A DNA stretch of 64,000 bases, taken from NCBI GenBank assembly GCA_964057225.1, contig OZ059899.1:8804001-8868000 (forward strand), read 5' to 3'. Positions 39,501 through 52,700 of the stretch are shown one piece after another. The position numbers and the translations under genes are program-made. The notes beneath the pieces were generated by a model that had not been told where the DNA came from, searched no databases, and saw only the letters and a program-made list of their open reading frames with translations. This DNA is from Auanema rhodensis (Eukaryota; Animalia; Nematoda). Numbering within the stretch: position 1 is the first letter of the stretch; every line of letters begins with the position of its first letter.

Positions 39501-41024
39501 TGGTAATCAGATTCAATTTGAAGCATCAAACACCTCTCACAGATGTAAGCCTACTAGCGATGAAAGTAGAGCAAGAAATGATGAAAACGAGAAGAACAAA
39601 GTTCTAGGGAAGACTTCAACACTGTGAAAAGATAATTGTGATAAGAGAAATGGAATGTTGGCTGTTCACCATACTATACTTGAAGAATGAGGTGAGAGGA
39701 CTAGGTTGACTTCATTAATGAAAGTTAAGTGATCCTATATTTGCATATAAGAACCAATTAGAAAATAAAATTCATTCATGCATATTGGACTAAACCAGTT
39801 AGTGCATGAAAGAAACTAAGAAACGGACTAAAATTAGAAATGAAAATGGAGAAGGCTATTTGAGGACTGGTGGTCTTATCTACCTTTTATACTGAAGAAA
39901 GCGAAAAATCATCTGTGATCAACTAAGACCATTGATAATATATGAAATAAAAACACTCTTCTCAAAAGAAATCCTACTTGGCAAATACTAAAGATAAAAA
40001 TTTGAAAGAAACAAACCCTTCTTCCTCGAGCAGCGTTGGTGTTTCAGTTGGTCGCATAATCTATGAGCAAGATAATTACTTCATTAAAGATATTTAAAAC
40101 ATACTGGTGTAGATTGAACAGAGGGGATACTAGCACACTGTGCCATTCCTGTAACAGATGTAGACACAGGAATATGCTAAAAAAAACTTCTAAGGTAAAA
40201 AAAGGAAAATTATTATCTACCTGTTGAACAAACTCATTAGAAGAACTTACGGTATGGACTGTAGGACAGCCTATTACGGTTTCAGCATGTGAGTGTACAG
40301 CCTAAAAAAATATAAATATATAATCAACAAAAAACAATATGATCATACAGGTGTAACAAAGTTTGTGAGATTTTCATTCAAACTCTGAGGTGTACCATGC
40401 AGGTTAGTTGTAGGAGCAGGACCAACAGATGTTACTACTATAGTAGAAGATTCCCTCTAAAAATGAAAAAGAAATGATAACAAAAACAAAACAAAAACCA
40501 ACAATAGGAATACTATCTGAAGAAGTGACGGTATCAAAAGAAACGCATGTGCTAGCCAAACTATCAGTAGGACCCTCACTTGTCGTCACACTAACTGTGT
40601 TAGCATTAGAATCTGTGACTAAAACATATATTTGAAAAAAATATGGACAAGCATTTTCATAAACCGCTTATCATTCTCATCAACGAGGAAATGTAATAAA
40701 ACAATTGTTTGACTTTTTGTACTTATTTGACGAATGGTTGTTCGTTAGATGAATTTAATTCCAACCTGGAGTTATATCTCCTTTGTCTTTTTCAAACTCC
40801 AAAATTTCCTTTTTTTCTACTTGAGCTTCATCTCTTGGTTCCAAGTAATCCCAACATTTCCATCGACCTCGCGTAAATACACCGGGCATCGGAACAACCT
40901 ATTAAATAAAAAAAATATAAGTTAAATGATAATTGAGAAATACCTGGAACTGCCTTTCACGAGGTTTACTTGTGGCAAGTTCGGCATTCTGCTGACTTAA
41001 GTTATCTATTTCAGAGGCTCCCAT
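36592..41024 (-). CDS. tsct-1: TSC22/DIP/bunched family leucine-zipper protein, long isoform (alternative first exons 37979-37675 and 37294-37236)
   Basis: TSC box [47 protein letters not shown]; long-isoform motif RQFQVVPMPGVFTRGRWKCWDY. Confidence 0.9.
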
Positions 41025-44000
41025 ATTAAGTTTAAGAGAGAACCTCTATAAGAAAAATATTAAATATATAACAAATTCGTGAAAAGACGATAATGATTAA
41101 TAAGCCTCACTATAGAAAATTAGGATAATATATCAGCTTACAAGTCTCAAATCGCAAACTTATTATAAAATTATACAATGAAATTTCTATAAATAAAGAA
41201 AAAATGAAAGTTACAATTTTTTAAACAGCTGAATGAGCTCAATTTTAACTAAATCCTCTATACAGGTTTATAATTGATTGAAAATTAAAGTGGTTTTACA
41301 AGGCAAACAAATGAAAACCTCTGTGCCGCCTGTGCAAGCTTTCATAATAAAGAAATTATGTGAAAATTAGTGAAACTTTAAAGTTAAGTAAAAAAGTTAT
41401 GTAAAGCATATTTATACTAGTAGCTTATAACAAATTTTTAAAAAAATTAAGCAAAGATTAAAGTTAAAAAACAAAATTATCAAGCTCAAAACGTGAGAAG
41501 ATAGTGGAATTTCAGACACGCGCGCGAGAGCAATCAATGGGATTACGGTATAAATGCAGCGCGCTTTCAGTGTGCAGCAACGGAAAAATGCCCTGGAAAA
41601 ATAGGAAACTAAAAAATATCAAAAACGTTTTTCCATGAATATTAGTTTTAACTGTGAAATAAAGTTTAAAATGAGATTGACTCTCAACGTGAAATGTATG
41701 TAGTCTGCATATGTGAGCATGCATGTTTGTGTACATGATAGTTGGGTTGAGAATAAGTTGAGAGTATGTGTGTATTTGAGCGAGGCAGTGAAAATAATAT
41801 AGGAGCGAAGGGTGAGGATGAGATACACTGACACACCAAGATCTATGGTTCCTTCAAATCATTCTATAAACACACTAATTTTTCTTGATGATCAGATGAA
41901 AGAGATCAGTTTCTTCCAAGTTCTTTTCAGAATTTCTATATAATATATAGGATATAATATTCAAAACTAATGATAACTATTCATGAACCAAAACTATTGA
42001 TGCGATAGGATTTTCACTCATCAATATATTGAACTATTTATACAAAGTTATTTCATGCGTTAACAAGTAATAAAACTTACTAAACGTTCTGCAGATTCAT
42101 CATTTTCTTCAACTTTGAATAGTTTAGTAGAAAATAGGGATATAAAGCACAAAATTGCGATAAAGATTTTTGAAACGCAAAAATCTAGTATTTCGGTAAG
42201 AGTCATGTGAGTAAACGTTTGATTATCACTGAAACTTTGAAAACTTAAAAATGTTTTCATGTTCGTTGGCACGCTAACAAGTTTCACTCATGATATGCAA
42301 CAAAATCAAACTTCGATTTTTCATATCTATTAAACTTTTTAATTGATATTTATAATGTTCAGATTTTCATTTGAGGGTTCAGTGAGCTCCGATATTAAAA
42401 TGATAGTAAGAAATTACTTTTTTTTAATTTTTGTTAAGAAACATATGTCCTGTGCAGAATATGCTAGCTATCACTGCTCTATGGATTTTAAGACAAAGAG
42501 TTCAAGGAAAATTAAGAGGTCGAAAGCGAATAGAAAACGAGGTGAAAAGAGAGTGAATGAAGATGAGAGCTGGAAGACAGAGAAGAATAGAGGAAACTTT
42601 TTGCATCTTTCATAGCATTGGAGGATAAGTGTCATTACAACTCATAGGTTCTTGAGGTGCACACCGAATAGAAATACTTCTCAAATCGGAGAGATAACAG
42701 AAATTTAGATTGCTATATCTCTTCCAGATGCTTCAATCTCAGACATTTAAACACATTCCTATTTCCTTTATCTATGAAGAATACACGTTGTTCAAAATTA
42801 AATTCGTTCTGCTAGGTTTCTTGTTAACAAGTGCAAGTCTATTACGACTGAATATAATTCAACTTTTAGATATTTATTAATATCTTTTATACATTAACCA
42901 TTTACATATCATATTATATTTATGTTTACTTATACAAATTTCGGTATGAAACATGGGAAAAACTGTTCTCTCCATAATATCCTAAAATATCTGTAAATGA
43001 CATAAACAAAGAAGTATGAATCATGTTCTATTGAGAAGACAAAAGGCTATTCTTCGTTTTTTGTGCAGTATTTTTTCGAATCCATGAAATATGTTCTCAC
43101 GCTTCAAAAAATGGAGAATAAATTAATCATAAAACCTATTGTTTGGACCAAAAAAAACTTAAGATATTCATTACATGAAAATAGTCAAAACTACATACCT
43201 TACTAATTGTTCCTCTTTGTTTTCCTTTCTATTTAGTTATTTAATAATTAGAAATCTTCATGAAATCATAATTTGCAGAAAACAACAATTTGAAGAATGG
43301 CGTTGCTTCTGTTTCGTAGAGATGCTCATCCATCATCTTCAGATTTTCTCAAAAAATATTGAAATAATGCACATATATGTATATATTGCAGCTGAGCAGT
43401 ATATCATTTTCATTTATCTCTTTTTAAACTCGTCATCATCAGTCTAGCACTCACTCATTTCTATTCTAGTATCCATATGTGGCATAGGATGTTGTTAGTG
43501 GTCATTGATTCTGATGGCTCCTCCTTTCTATCTTCATATAACCCCCCCCCTCTCTTCGTTTTCCCTCCATTTTTCTCTCTATTTCACGTTTTTCTGTATT
43601 CCTCTCTTTCTAATTTTCTTTTTTGATTTTCCTTGCTTTGAAGTTTTGCTTTAAAACTTTCGATTCTCTTTTTCTTTTTTAAATTGAACGTTTCTTTCAT
43701 AGTCTTCAACGCACTCATAATGTCTGTCTATGAAAATATAGAAAATTCCACACTTCTCATGTTCTGCCAGAACTTCTGAATTACGTTTAAGTTTTCACAC
43801 TTCTTTTAGATCAATTATTACAAGCCTACATTCTATTTGTCTTAACCATTTGTACTGAAAATTTGGGAAATTCTTTGATTATCATACAAATCTAATGATT
43901 AATAGCTTGTTTTTAATATAAGCATTTTTATGAAGAGAAAAAACAATTTGAACGAATTTCTTTAAAAGCAAGTGTTATTTTAATTTTATTCTTTTCAACA

Positions 44001-46455
44001 TTTAAGTAAGTTTCTCATTTAACTTCCAAATAAGCTTCAACTCAGCTGAATAGGAAAGATTCCACTTTATTATTTCAAGCAATTCCTTCATAACATTCTT
44101 TTATTTTTTTCTTTCAAATAATCAAATATAATTTAATATAGTTAGTTGTATAGAATTAGAAATAAATGATAACGATGACCAAAAAAAAATAATTTTTTTT
44201 GCAACACTATACAACTCATTAAGTTCCTATTATGTTAATTTCCTTCTTTATTGAAAAGATTTTCTCTTGCTATCAATTCTTTGTTACAATTTTATCATTT
44301 CTTAAGAACTGATTTATGTCTTGTTCAAAATTTGAAAAAATATTTATGATCTTTTTTTTTGCTGATGCCCGGACATCCTTCTTGTTTTCAACCCTGAATG
44401 GCAAGGTAGTATATTGATTTCAGGATCTTATGCTCCATCTGCTAACAACCTAATTCAGTTTTCGTCGTATTTAGTTTCTCTGATTACATTCTTACCTAGT
44501 TAATCAACATTTTTTTTCAAAATTTAACAAAGTTTTAGAAGTTTTGCATGGAATTGGATTAGTCGTGCGTTTTGCTGATCAGAACTCCTAATGTAAACTA
44601 CATTTCTTACCGATCATAGTTTTATCCATTCGTTTGTTTTGTCATTTTCTGAACAATTGTTCATTCAGCCTTCGGCTTTTCCTGTCGGACGTGATTGTTG
44701 ATTTGCAGTACCATTGCCTCTGACTTGCCATCATTGTTGTTTTTTTCTCACAATTTTCACATTTAAACGTTTTAACAGTCATTAGATAAATCAAAAAATA
44801 TGTTAAATATTATGAATTCGCTAAAACTGAAGAAAGAGTCGAAAGGAGGAGCATGAAAAGACGGATATCAAAGCGACTTTTCAACAAAAAGGTTCAATGG
44901 CTGTGCCGTGCTGTAGAACTAACTCAGTTTTTGTTTTCTTTTATCTGCGCAGCCATTCATTTCATCCTTTTCTTCCGTCCTGCTTCTTCAGCCATTATTC
45001 AATTCTTTCGGCTCTATAGTTGTATGCTATTTTCGTTTACTCCCTTTTTTCTTCTCTCACACCCTCTCTTCCTTTTTTAATCTCCAATTTTCTTATAATA
45101 TTTCTTTCTCTCAAATTCTCGCATTCTTTTCATGTATCATACACATCCTGATGGACAGAAGAGGCAGTAGTAAAGATGACGTTGAAGGCATAGTTAAGAC
45201 AGACTCAAGTTAACAGAAAGAGAGAAGAAGACATAGGAAGTGAAGGCGTGTGAGAACGAAAGAGCAAACGAGGAAAGATATGCTTGTCAGAAAGAGAGCG
45301 AGTAAGGGAGAAAGACAGAGAGTAGGCCGTTTTAGAAAAATATTAAGGAAAAGAAACACGAGTTCATCCTTCGTTTTAACCGATGCCAGCTTATATCATG
45401 CTACGAAGAAGCTGATCGAACTTAGCGCAATCTCATATTTCGTTATTTTTACTTTTCGCATAACATTTGATTTTAATTATCATAACTATTTTAATTATTT
45501 TTCTTATTTTTTGTTCGTTTTTCGATCAACATTTATCTCATTAAAAGTTGAAACAACGCAAAAACTATAATTTTGTAACAAAACTCGGATCTGGTTTCTG
45601 TTTTCAAGGCAATCACCCAATCGTCTTTCTGAGTTTTAGCATTTTTAAGAACGAAAAGAATAATATTTCTTCTACGATACGTTTTTTTTGTAAGATTTTT
45701 GAGGCAATAATTGAATATTGCTTTTCTTTTACCAATATTTACATGTAAATCTCTCTTCTCTATCATTTATGGCAAAGACGTTCATCTATTTTTCGTGGTC
45801 ATGAGTAATTTAACATTACAGCCAAATATTAGCACAGCAAACTCATTTCCCGTAGCATTTATGGCATCATACATACATGTATATACGAGTTCAAAGAAGG
45901 ACACGAAACTTTTCAAGCAATATAATACTATTCTTTTATGGATTTTTATAGATCATACATATATAAGCAGCATTTAGTTTTGTTGGAAATGGATTTTACA
46001 GACAAACGGACTCAAATTTATTTATTTTCCGGGAAAGCTGTCAGCAAAATTTAATTGTTCTATCTACTATCTTATTTGCTATTCTTCTACATACAGATAT
46101 GTTTCTGTTAATCTATCTTCCAAAGTTACAGATTTTAAATTTTTTTCTGAATTTCTTTAAAAAAAACAATTTTCGTTTAGTTGTGCTTTTCTTCATTCAT
46201 CTGTTTCACATCTATAATACTTTTTTCGTATATACATTTATTTTTTCTTATATTGTCTTCTTTAGACAAAGTGTCTTTTTAGTTTTTTTTTATTCTGAAG
46301 AGTATTGATGACAGGCCCAGCACGTAATTCTCTTGAACAAATATGGCCAGGTTCACATACGTTGTGATCTAGGCGGCTTTTATTGCAAACGATCTCAATC
46401 TTTCATTACAATTTTAAAAACAATTAATATCCAAACATTTGTCTTTTGCATAAAT

Positions 46456-46458
<3 letters not shown>

Positions 46459-46502
<44 letters not shown>
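46459..46502. repeat. (AT)n microsatellite
   Basis: About 22 perfect AT units. Confidence 0.95.
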
Positions 46503-46507
<5 letters not shown>

Positions 46508-49500
46508 CTTATATAGCTTTGTAATAATATATATATATGTATATATTAAAAATATAATTAACAATATTATAAAAGATATTTGTTTTTAACTTTATTATCA
46601 TATTACTTTGTTCGATTAAAATTGATAGATGGCAAAATAAAGAAAGAAAAAAAGCTTATCCGTCAATGGATATTCACTAAGACCACCAATCTAAGATTTT
46701 GAAAAACATTCCCACGGAGCTTCCAGCTCAACTCATCGATAGAATTCAAGTCTTTGAAGAAGTTGTTCATCAATTTGTAATAGAATTATCGTTTTTCTAG
46801 TTATGCCGTTTAGCAAATAATTCAAAAAGTTTTGGATAGGCATATTGCTCCATAAAAACATTTATATTAGGCTTTTTGCCTAAGTTCTTATCGAGCTTGT
46901 GTAAACGAGATAACAGAATCGACTTTATCCTACTAGAATTTTTTGTTTTATCATTGGCATCTTTGATTGACTCAACTATTTTTGTTCATCTATGTCTATA
47001 TATCCCATGAGATTTTCTTGATTTTGAAGCATTTGTTAGAACTAAGAATTTAATCCAAAATTAAAATTTTTTTATTGTGGTTTGTAGAAATTGTTGATAA
47101 TCGAGATATGTGTCACCTAGTAATATGGCGGGGTGAATAGCGAAAGGTGGTAAGCTCTCCACATTTCAACACTACTGTGGAAAATCATATCAGATTTCTT
47201 TCTCCCTTTCTTCCGTCTTTTAACCGTCTGTTTCTCAATCTCTCATGTGAGCTTGTTCTGAATGAAGTAGTAAGAATCCTATACATATCTGCCATGCTCT
47301 AGGCATCTCTCACCTGAAACCTTTCTCTCATTATATGATTCTCTCTTGGCTCTCATCCTCAAATACTCTTGTTCAATATATCTCTTCTTCACTACATCTC
47401 GTTTCTTTCCCGAGTTTCTTAATATTTTCGTGTTTCCGTTTATAAATAAATATTGACAGTTTCTTAGATTCCACTTCAAATTTTAGATTTTATCATTTGA
47501 AAGCTGATCTTATTTCTTGTAATCATTTTCTATTCTTTGTGATATAATTATTATTTTTACTAACTATATAGATATGATTTTCCAACTTATATTCACAAGA
47601 AAATATTTTTAAGATTAACCATTTAAAACTTTGTAAATTCTTAATAATATTTCTTCATATTTTCTAAAAAAATTAGAAAAACAAATAAAATTATAGAAAA
47701 CAAAAACTATTTTTAACAGTTAATTACCTATTTTAGATTATTTATTATAAAAAATTGTGAAGAAGAAATAAGTTTGTATGTTATTAGCTTCTTCATTTTT
47801 TTATTATTAATATTTCATATTTCAACCTCTGAGTTTTCTTTTTATTTTTTTCACATTATTCACCCAAATTTCTTGTTCACTCCATATTTTTCTTTTCTTT
47901 GTTCTATCTTATCAGCTGTGTGCCAGGTGTTGTGTCCTCTGTTCGATAGAGTTGTTGTTCAGATAAAGAACACGCTTAAAGCATCTCTTATGGCCATACT
48001 ACTGAAGTATGTAACTGATACACTATTTTCCATTTTCTAAAGTTTCAAATCATTGATTTGATGGAAAATTCCTCTGAGGAATGAAGCTAATATCATAAGA
48101 TGTACAAAAGTATATGTTTAATTGATTCATTTAATTTCTCATTATTTCTTATTATTTCTTATCGTTTTTTTATCTAAATATAGATTTTAATATTAACAAT
48201 GTTAAAGTATTTTTTAATAATTATATATCTCAAATTATAACAACTTCTTGAACATTTAAGTTCAATTATCTAATACTATATTCATGTATATACAACATTA
48301 CTTCTCAGCTTTTGAAACGCTGTTAACGATTTTAGTAGCATGAATTATATCCTTTCTTTTGACTTTCTTACAAATCATTTGAAATGACCTTCACCACTCT
48401 TCAAGCTCTTTTTCATGTATCTATTGTGCTGTTAATTCTCTCTTAATTCTAAACTTACTCTGACTCGCCAGCCTTATTCATTTTCTTTCCCTTTCTGTGC
48501 TTCATGGTCGCTTTCAAATAGCCGTCACCCTTCCTCTGAGCAAAGCTTCACAGAGCATCCTCTGAACAATTATATAAGCTAGTCGATGTCTTCAAAACTT
48601 GGTGTGGACACCCATTTTGAAAGAAAAAAGACAATGACTAAGCTAGTTAAAATAAAACAGAATATAATTGTTCATATGCACATACATACATACATATATG
48701 TATACATTCATATTGATATTCAACAAATAAAACCAATGTAATAGATGCTCAAAAAAGAACTCAAAAAGCTTTATTGTTGATTATAATGAAGAAATAGAGA
48801 TTTTTATTTTTTTTTCATCACAAACAGGTTTCATGAATTGAAATCATTATTCCTCTTTCAGCTATTTATCAGTTGAAAATTCTAAAAATTAATTATTTGT
48901 TATTTAAATAACTTTGATTACTACCAAATATAATATTAACAATGATCATTTCATTATTACAAATAACAACAAATTCTGGGTTTTTTTTTGATAATTCATT
49001 TAGTTTAATCCAATTATTAGCTTAAATATATTCGATTTTATATATTAGTTAACTTGGAAAATTATTTATTGTGAACTTAATTGAGTTTTCCTATCCTCGC
49101 CCATCTTCCGTTTGTTGGAAAATTTAATATTTAGTATGAAATATTTTGGAATACAGGCGTCTACTTACTCATTCAATTTTAAAACTTTCCGATACTACAG
49201 ATTATTCGTCCACTAAATAGTATATTTTACTTCAAATATTCTTTTTTTTTGTTTTAGGTTAAGACAACAATTTTTTTTAACTTTTCACTTTAAAAGCATC
49301 TTATTCTTTTTTCAAAATAAAAATAAAACAAGTCAACAATATACTCATACATACATATATGTATGTATGTAGATATGTGTATACATATGCACATGTGTGT
49401 ACAAAGGTTTAAAAGGAAGACATATTGATATGATGCATTCTGATAAACAATATCCTGATAATATTTCGAGCATTTCTCTCAACAAACAACAAAATTTTCA

Positions 49501-49780
49501 TCAATTACAATTTTTCTAATGAGAAAATAGTTTATCAGTTAGAGAGGAACACGGAGAAAAATGAAAAACGTCCTGCACATATGCCTCGACATATTGTGTA
49601 CGATAATTGTTGTTTTAACTCGAAAAAAATCCATCTACTTCCGCTCGTATTCTTTCGAATTATAGATTTTCAGTTTTTTTTTAATTTTGTTGATACATTT
49701 ATGTGTTCTTTTTTATATTTATTCATTTTTATAGAATTTCTTTCCAATACGATAGAGATTATCCAGTCTATGTCTTTCCG

Positions 49781-52700
49781 ATGGAGTCAACGACTCCAGA
49801 TGAGTCGGCTCTCTTGGCGCATCATTATGAAATAGGAGAATTAATTGAAAGGTGAGTACAAACATTATTATTTCAACTTAATAATATATGTTAATTCAGA
49901 GGGCCTTTATCTGTAATACATAGAGCTGCTCATAGAACTACACAAGTGCCTCATTCTATTAAAACTATCGATATTGAACGATATGAATCTAACACTGGTT
50001 TAGGACGTCAAGGTAAGAATCAGTCTAAATATGATGCAATATTCATTATATATTTCTAGAAGTTGATTCAGAAATTGAACTTTGTGCTTCATTAAAACAT
50101 ACTTATATTTGTGAATTAAAAGATGTAATTGCTGGAGATAAGTAAGTTAATCTTATTAAAATATTTAATAAACATGATTTGATTATTTATTTTTCTTTCA
50201 TTATAGATCAGTACACTTAGTTTTTGAATATTTGGATGGTGCAGATATTTGCTTTGAAATTGTTAAAAGAGCTGGTTGTGGTTTTGTATATTCCGAAGCC
50301 GTTATTAGGTATAATCTATATTGCTTCTAATATTTATTATTATTATTTTAGTCACTATATGCGTCAATTGCTTCAAGCTTTAGAGTACCTTCATAGTAAT
50401 AATGTCGTTCATCGAGATATCAGGCCACATAACATCAATCTTGCTAGTCCCGATAACTCGGCTCCTTTGAAACTATGTGGTTTTGGAGTAGCAGTTAAGC
50501 TTGATAGTACAGAAGCTAAATGCAAAGGAGGTTTGAACATCTGTTTTGCTACGACAATTGAAATTAACATCATGTAGGAAAGGTTGGCGTTCCACAGTTT
50601 ATGGCTCCTGAACTTGTTGCTGGAAATGACTACAATACTAAAGTAGATCTTTTTCCAATTTTATTCTAATAAATATTAATTTTCCCCTATTATAGATAGA
50701 TGTTTGGAGTGCTGGTGTAGTTCTTTACATTCTTTTATCTGGCAAACTCCCATTTACTGGTAGTACTGAAGAAATTTATGAGAAAATTGTTCAAGGAAGC
50801 TATCAAGTAGACTTTTGTTTTTGAATATTTTTGACTTTTTTGCCTATATCAGACGCAAACGGGATCGTGGGGACTTATATCCGGCTCAGTTAAAGATTTA
50901 TTAAGGAAAATGCTAATGGTAGATTCTGAGCAACGTATTACAGCAGCGGAAGTACGATAGTTAAACAATTTTTATTTGAAAATTATTTTATTTAACAGGC
51001 ATTAGAACATGAATGGATTCGGGATAGAGAACATTGTGCTCCAAGACGTCATATGCAAGATTCAGTGGAGAATATTCGAAAATATAATGAAAGTCGTAAG
51101 CTTAAGGTAATTTTTGTTTTTTTTTTGAATGTTATTTTCAATATTGTTTTATTTTGAAAGGTTAAAGATATACACATAGTTTTAGCTTTTAATAAAATAT
51201 CTCAAACAATTTGTTTACACAATTTAAACTAAAACTTAAAAGGTTTCTTAGCTTTTTGTTTTTATTTTCAGTCCTCTGTTCTTGCTGCCGTAAATACGGA
51301 TAAATGGAAACTTCTTCAGAAATCTCCTTCTACATACTTAAACGGTGATGCACCTGGTATACATTTATCGTCAACAATTTATTTTTGTCCATATAACTTT
51401 CTTAAAATTGTTTTATAGGTGGGGATTCATGTCATCCAGATGGATGTGTACGATCTGAAAATAAACCAATAGCTGATGATTTAGTAGGAGCCCATAAAGT
51501 AAGTTGAAACTATAATTATATCAAATAATAAGTTTAATGTAATACAATTAATTGACTTTTTTATTAAAATTAAATTTAACTATTTTAACATATTCCCTGA
51601 AAATATCTGACCGAATTTTCAAGTGTTTAAAGAGATGAAACTCATGATTATTCATAGATCCAAAGGTGTGAACTTGATGAATGATTTTTCCGTTTGGCTT
51701 AACAGACAGCTGATTCCATTTCATTTATTGATTGATGCATCATCTTTGAGTTTATAAAAAGCATTTATGATTTTGAAAAATGCTTCTTAGTTTGTTTTAA
51801 AATGTCACATTTCTGACAGATTTTCAGCCATCAGTATAATGCTTTATCACTCCGTTCAAAACAGTTTATCATTGTCAAACCAGTGCTATGTTAGATCATA
51901 TTTTAGAAATAGGATATAGCTAAAACGATTAACTACATAGGATCATTTTCAAAATGAAACATTCTATAATATCAATGTGAACATAGCGATAAGATAAACG
52001 AAAAGCTCTTGAAATTTTCTCTCTGAAACGTTTTATGGAAAAAAATGAACGATGTATGTTCTGATAAGCAAGAAAGATGTATAAAACTCAAAGCCCTGTT
52101 GGGTCTTGTGTCAACATGTATAACATCTTTCGTCGTGCTCGAATAGACAAGTTGATTTGAAGTGATGACAACCAACGTCCCGCTAGGGCTTCACTGTGAA
52201 TTGCTTCTACAGAATCACTTCTGATTTATTCTAATTAACTGTATCTAGTTTTTTTAATCATTATTTTCTTGTAATATTGTTATTTTGATTATATTCATAT
52301 AACAAACTACCTATATTTCTGTTATTAATGACAAGATATGTGGTGTACAGGAAGTCCACGAAAATTTCGTTATCCAACCCCACCTCCACCGGTATGTATC
52401 TTAAATGTAGTTTCTCGATAACATGATCAAAGAAAGAATTGTAAAATAACTAAAAAAATACATATACATATATACATATATTGATAATAATAAAAATTAT
52501 TATTATTTAGATACTTTGTTCATTGGATGCAATTGCTTCATTATCCGATCCAGACAGTTGCACTACAGAATCTAAACAGGCTATGATTAATGACAAGAAA
52601 TTCGTCTCATTGTTATCTGTACGTTTGAATTTTTTAAAATAATTTTTGAAAAGTAATTATGATGTGGTTGAAGAGAACTGTCAATTTTTCACACGAATGT

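Noticed and set aside
44390-44462. Weak hairpin with a TGGCAAG (mir-72/73-like) seed
   Set aside because: Pairing too interrupted; the rest does not match the family
22829-46208. CTGTTTCA piRNA (Ruby) motifs
   Set aside because: Only a few scattered hits, mostly inside coding genes; no cluster
41100-49700. Many 60-110 aa F/L/I/K-rich ORFs
   Set aside because: Composition mirrors AT-rich non-coding DNA; no splice-consistent exon chain; interpreted as the divergent regulatory interval of tsct-1 and lin-2
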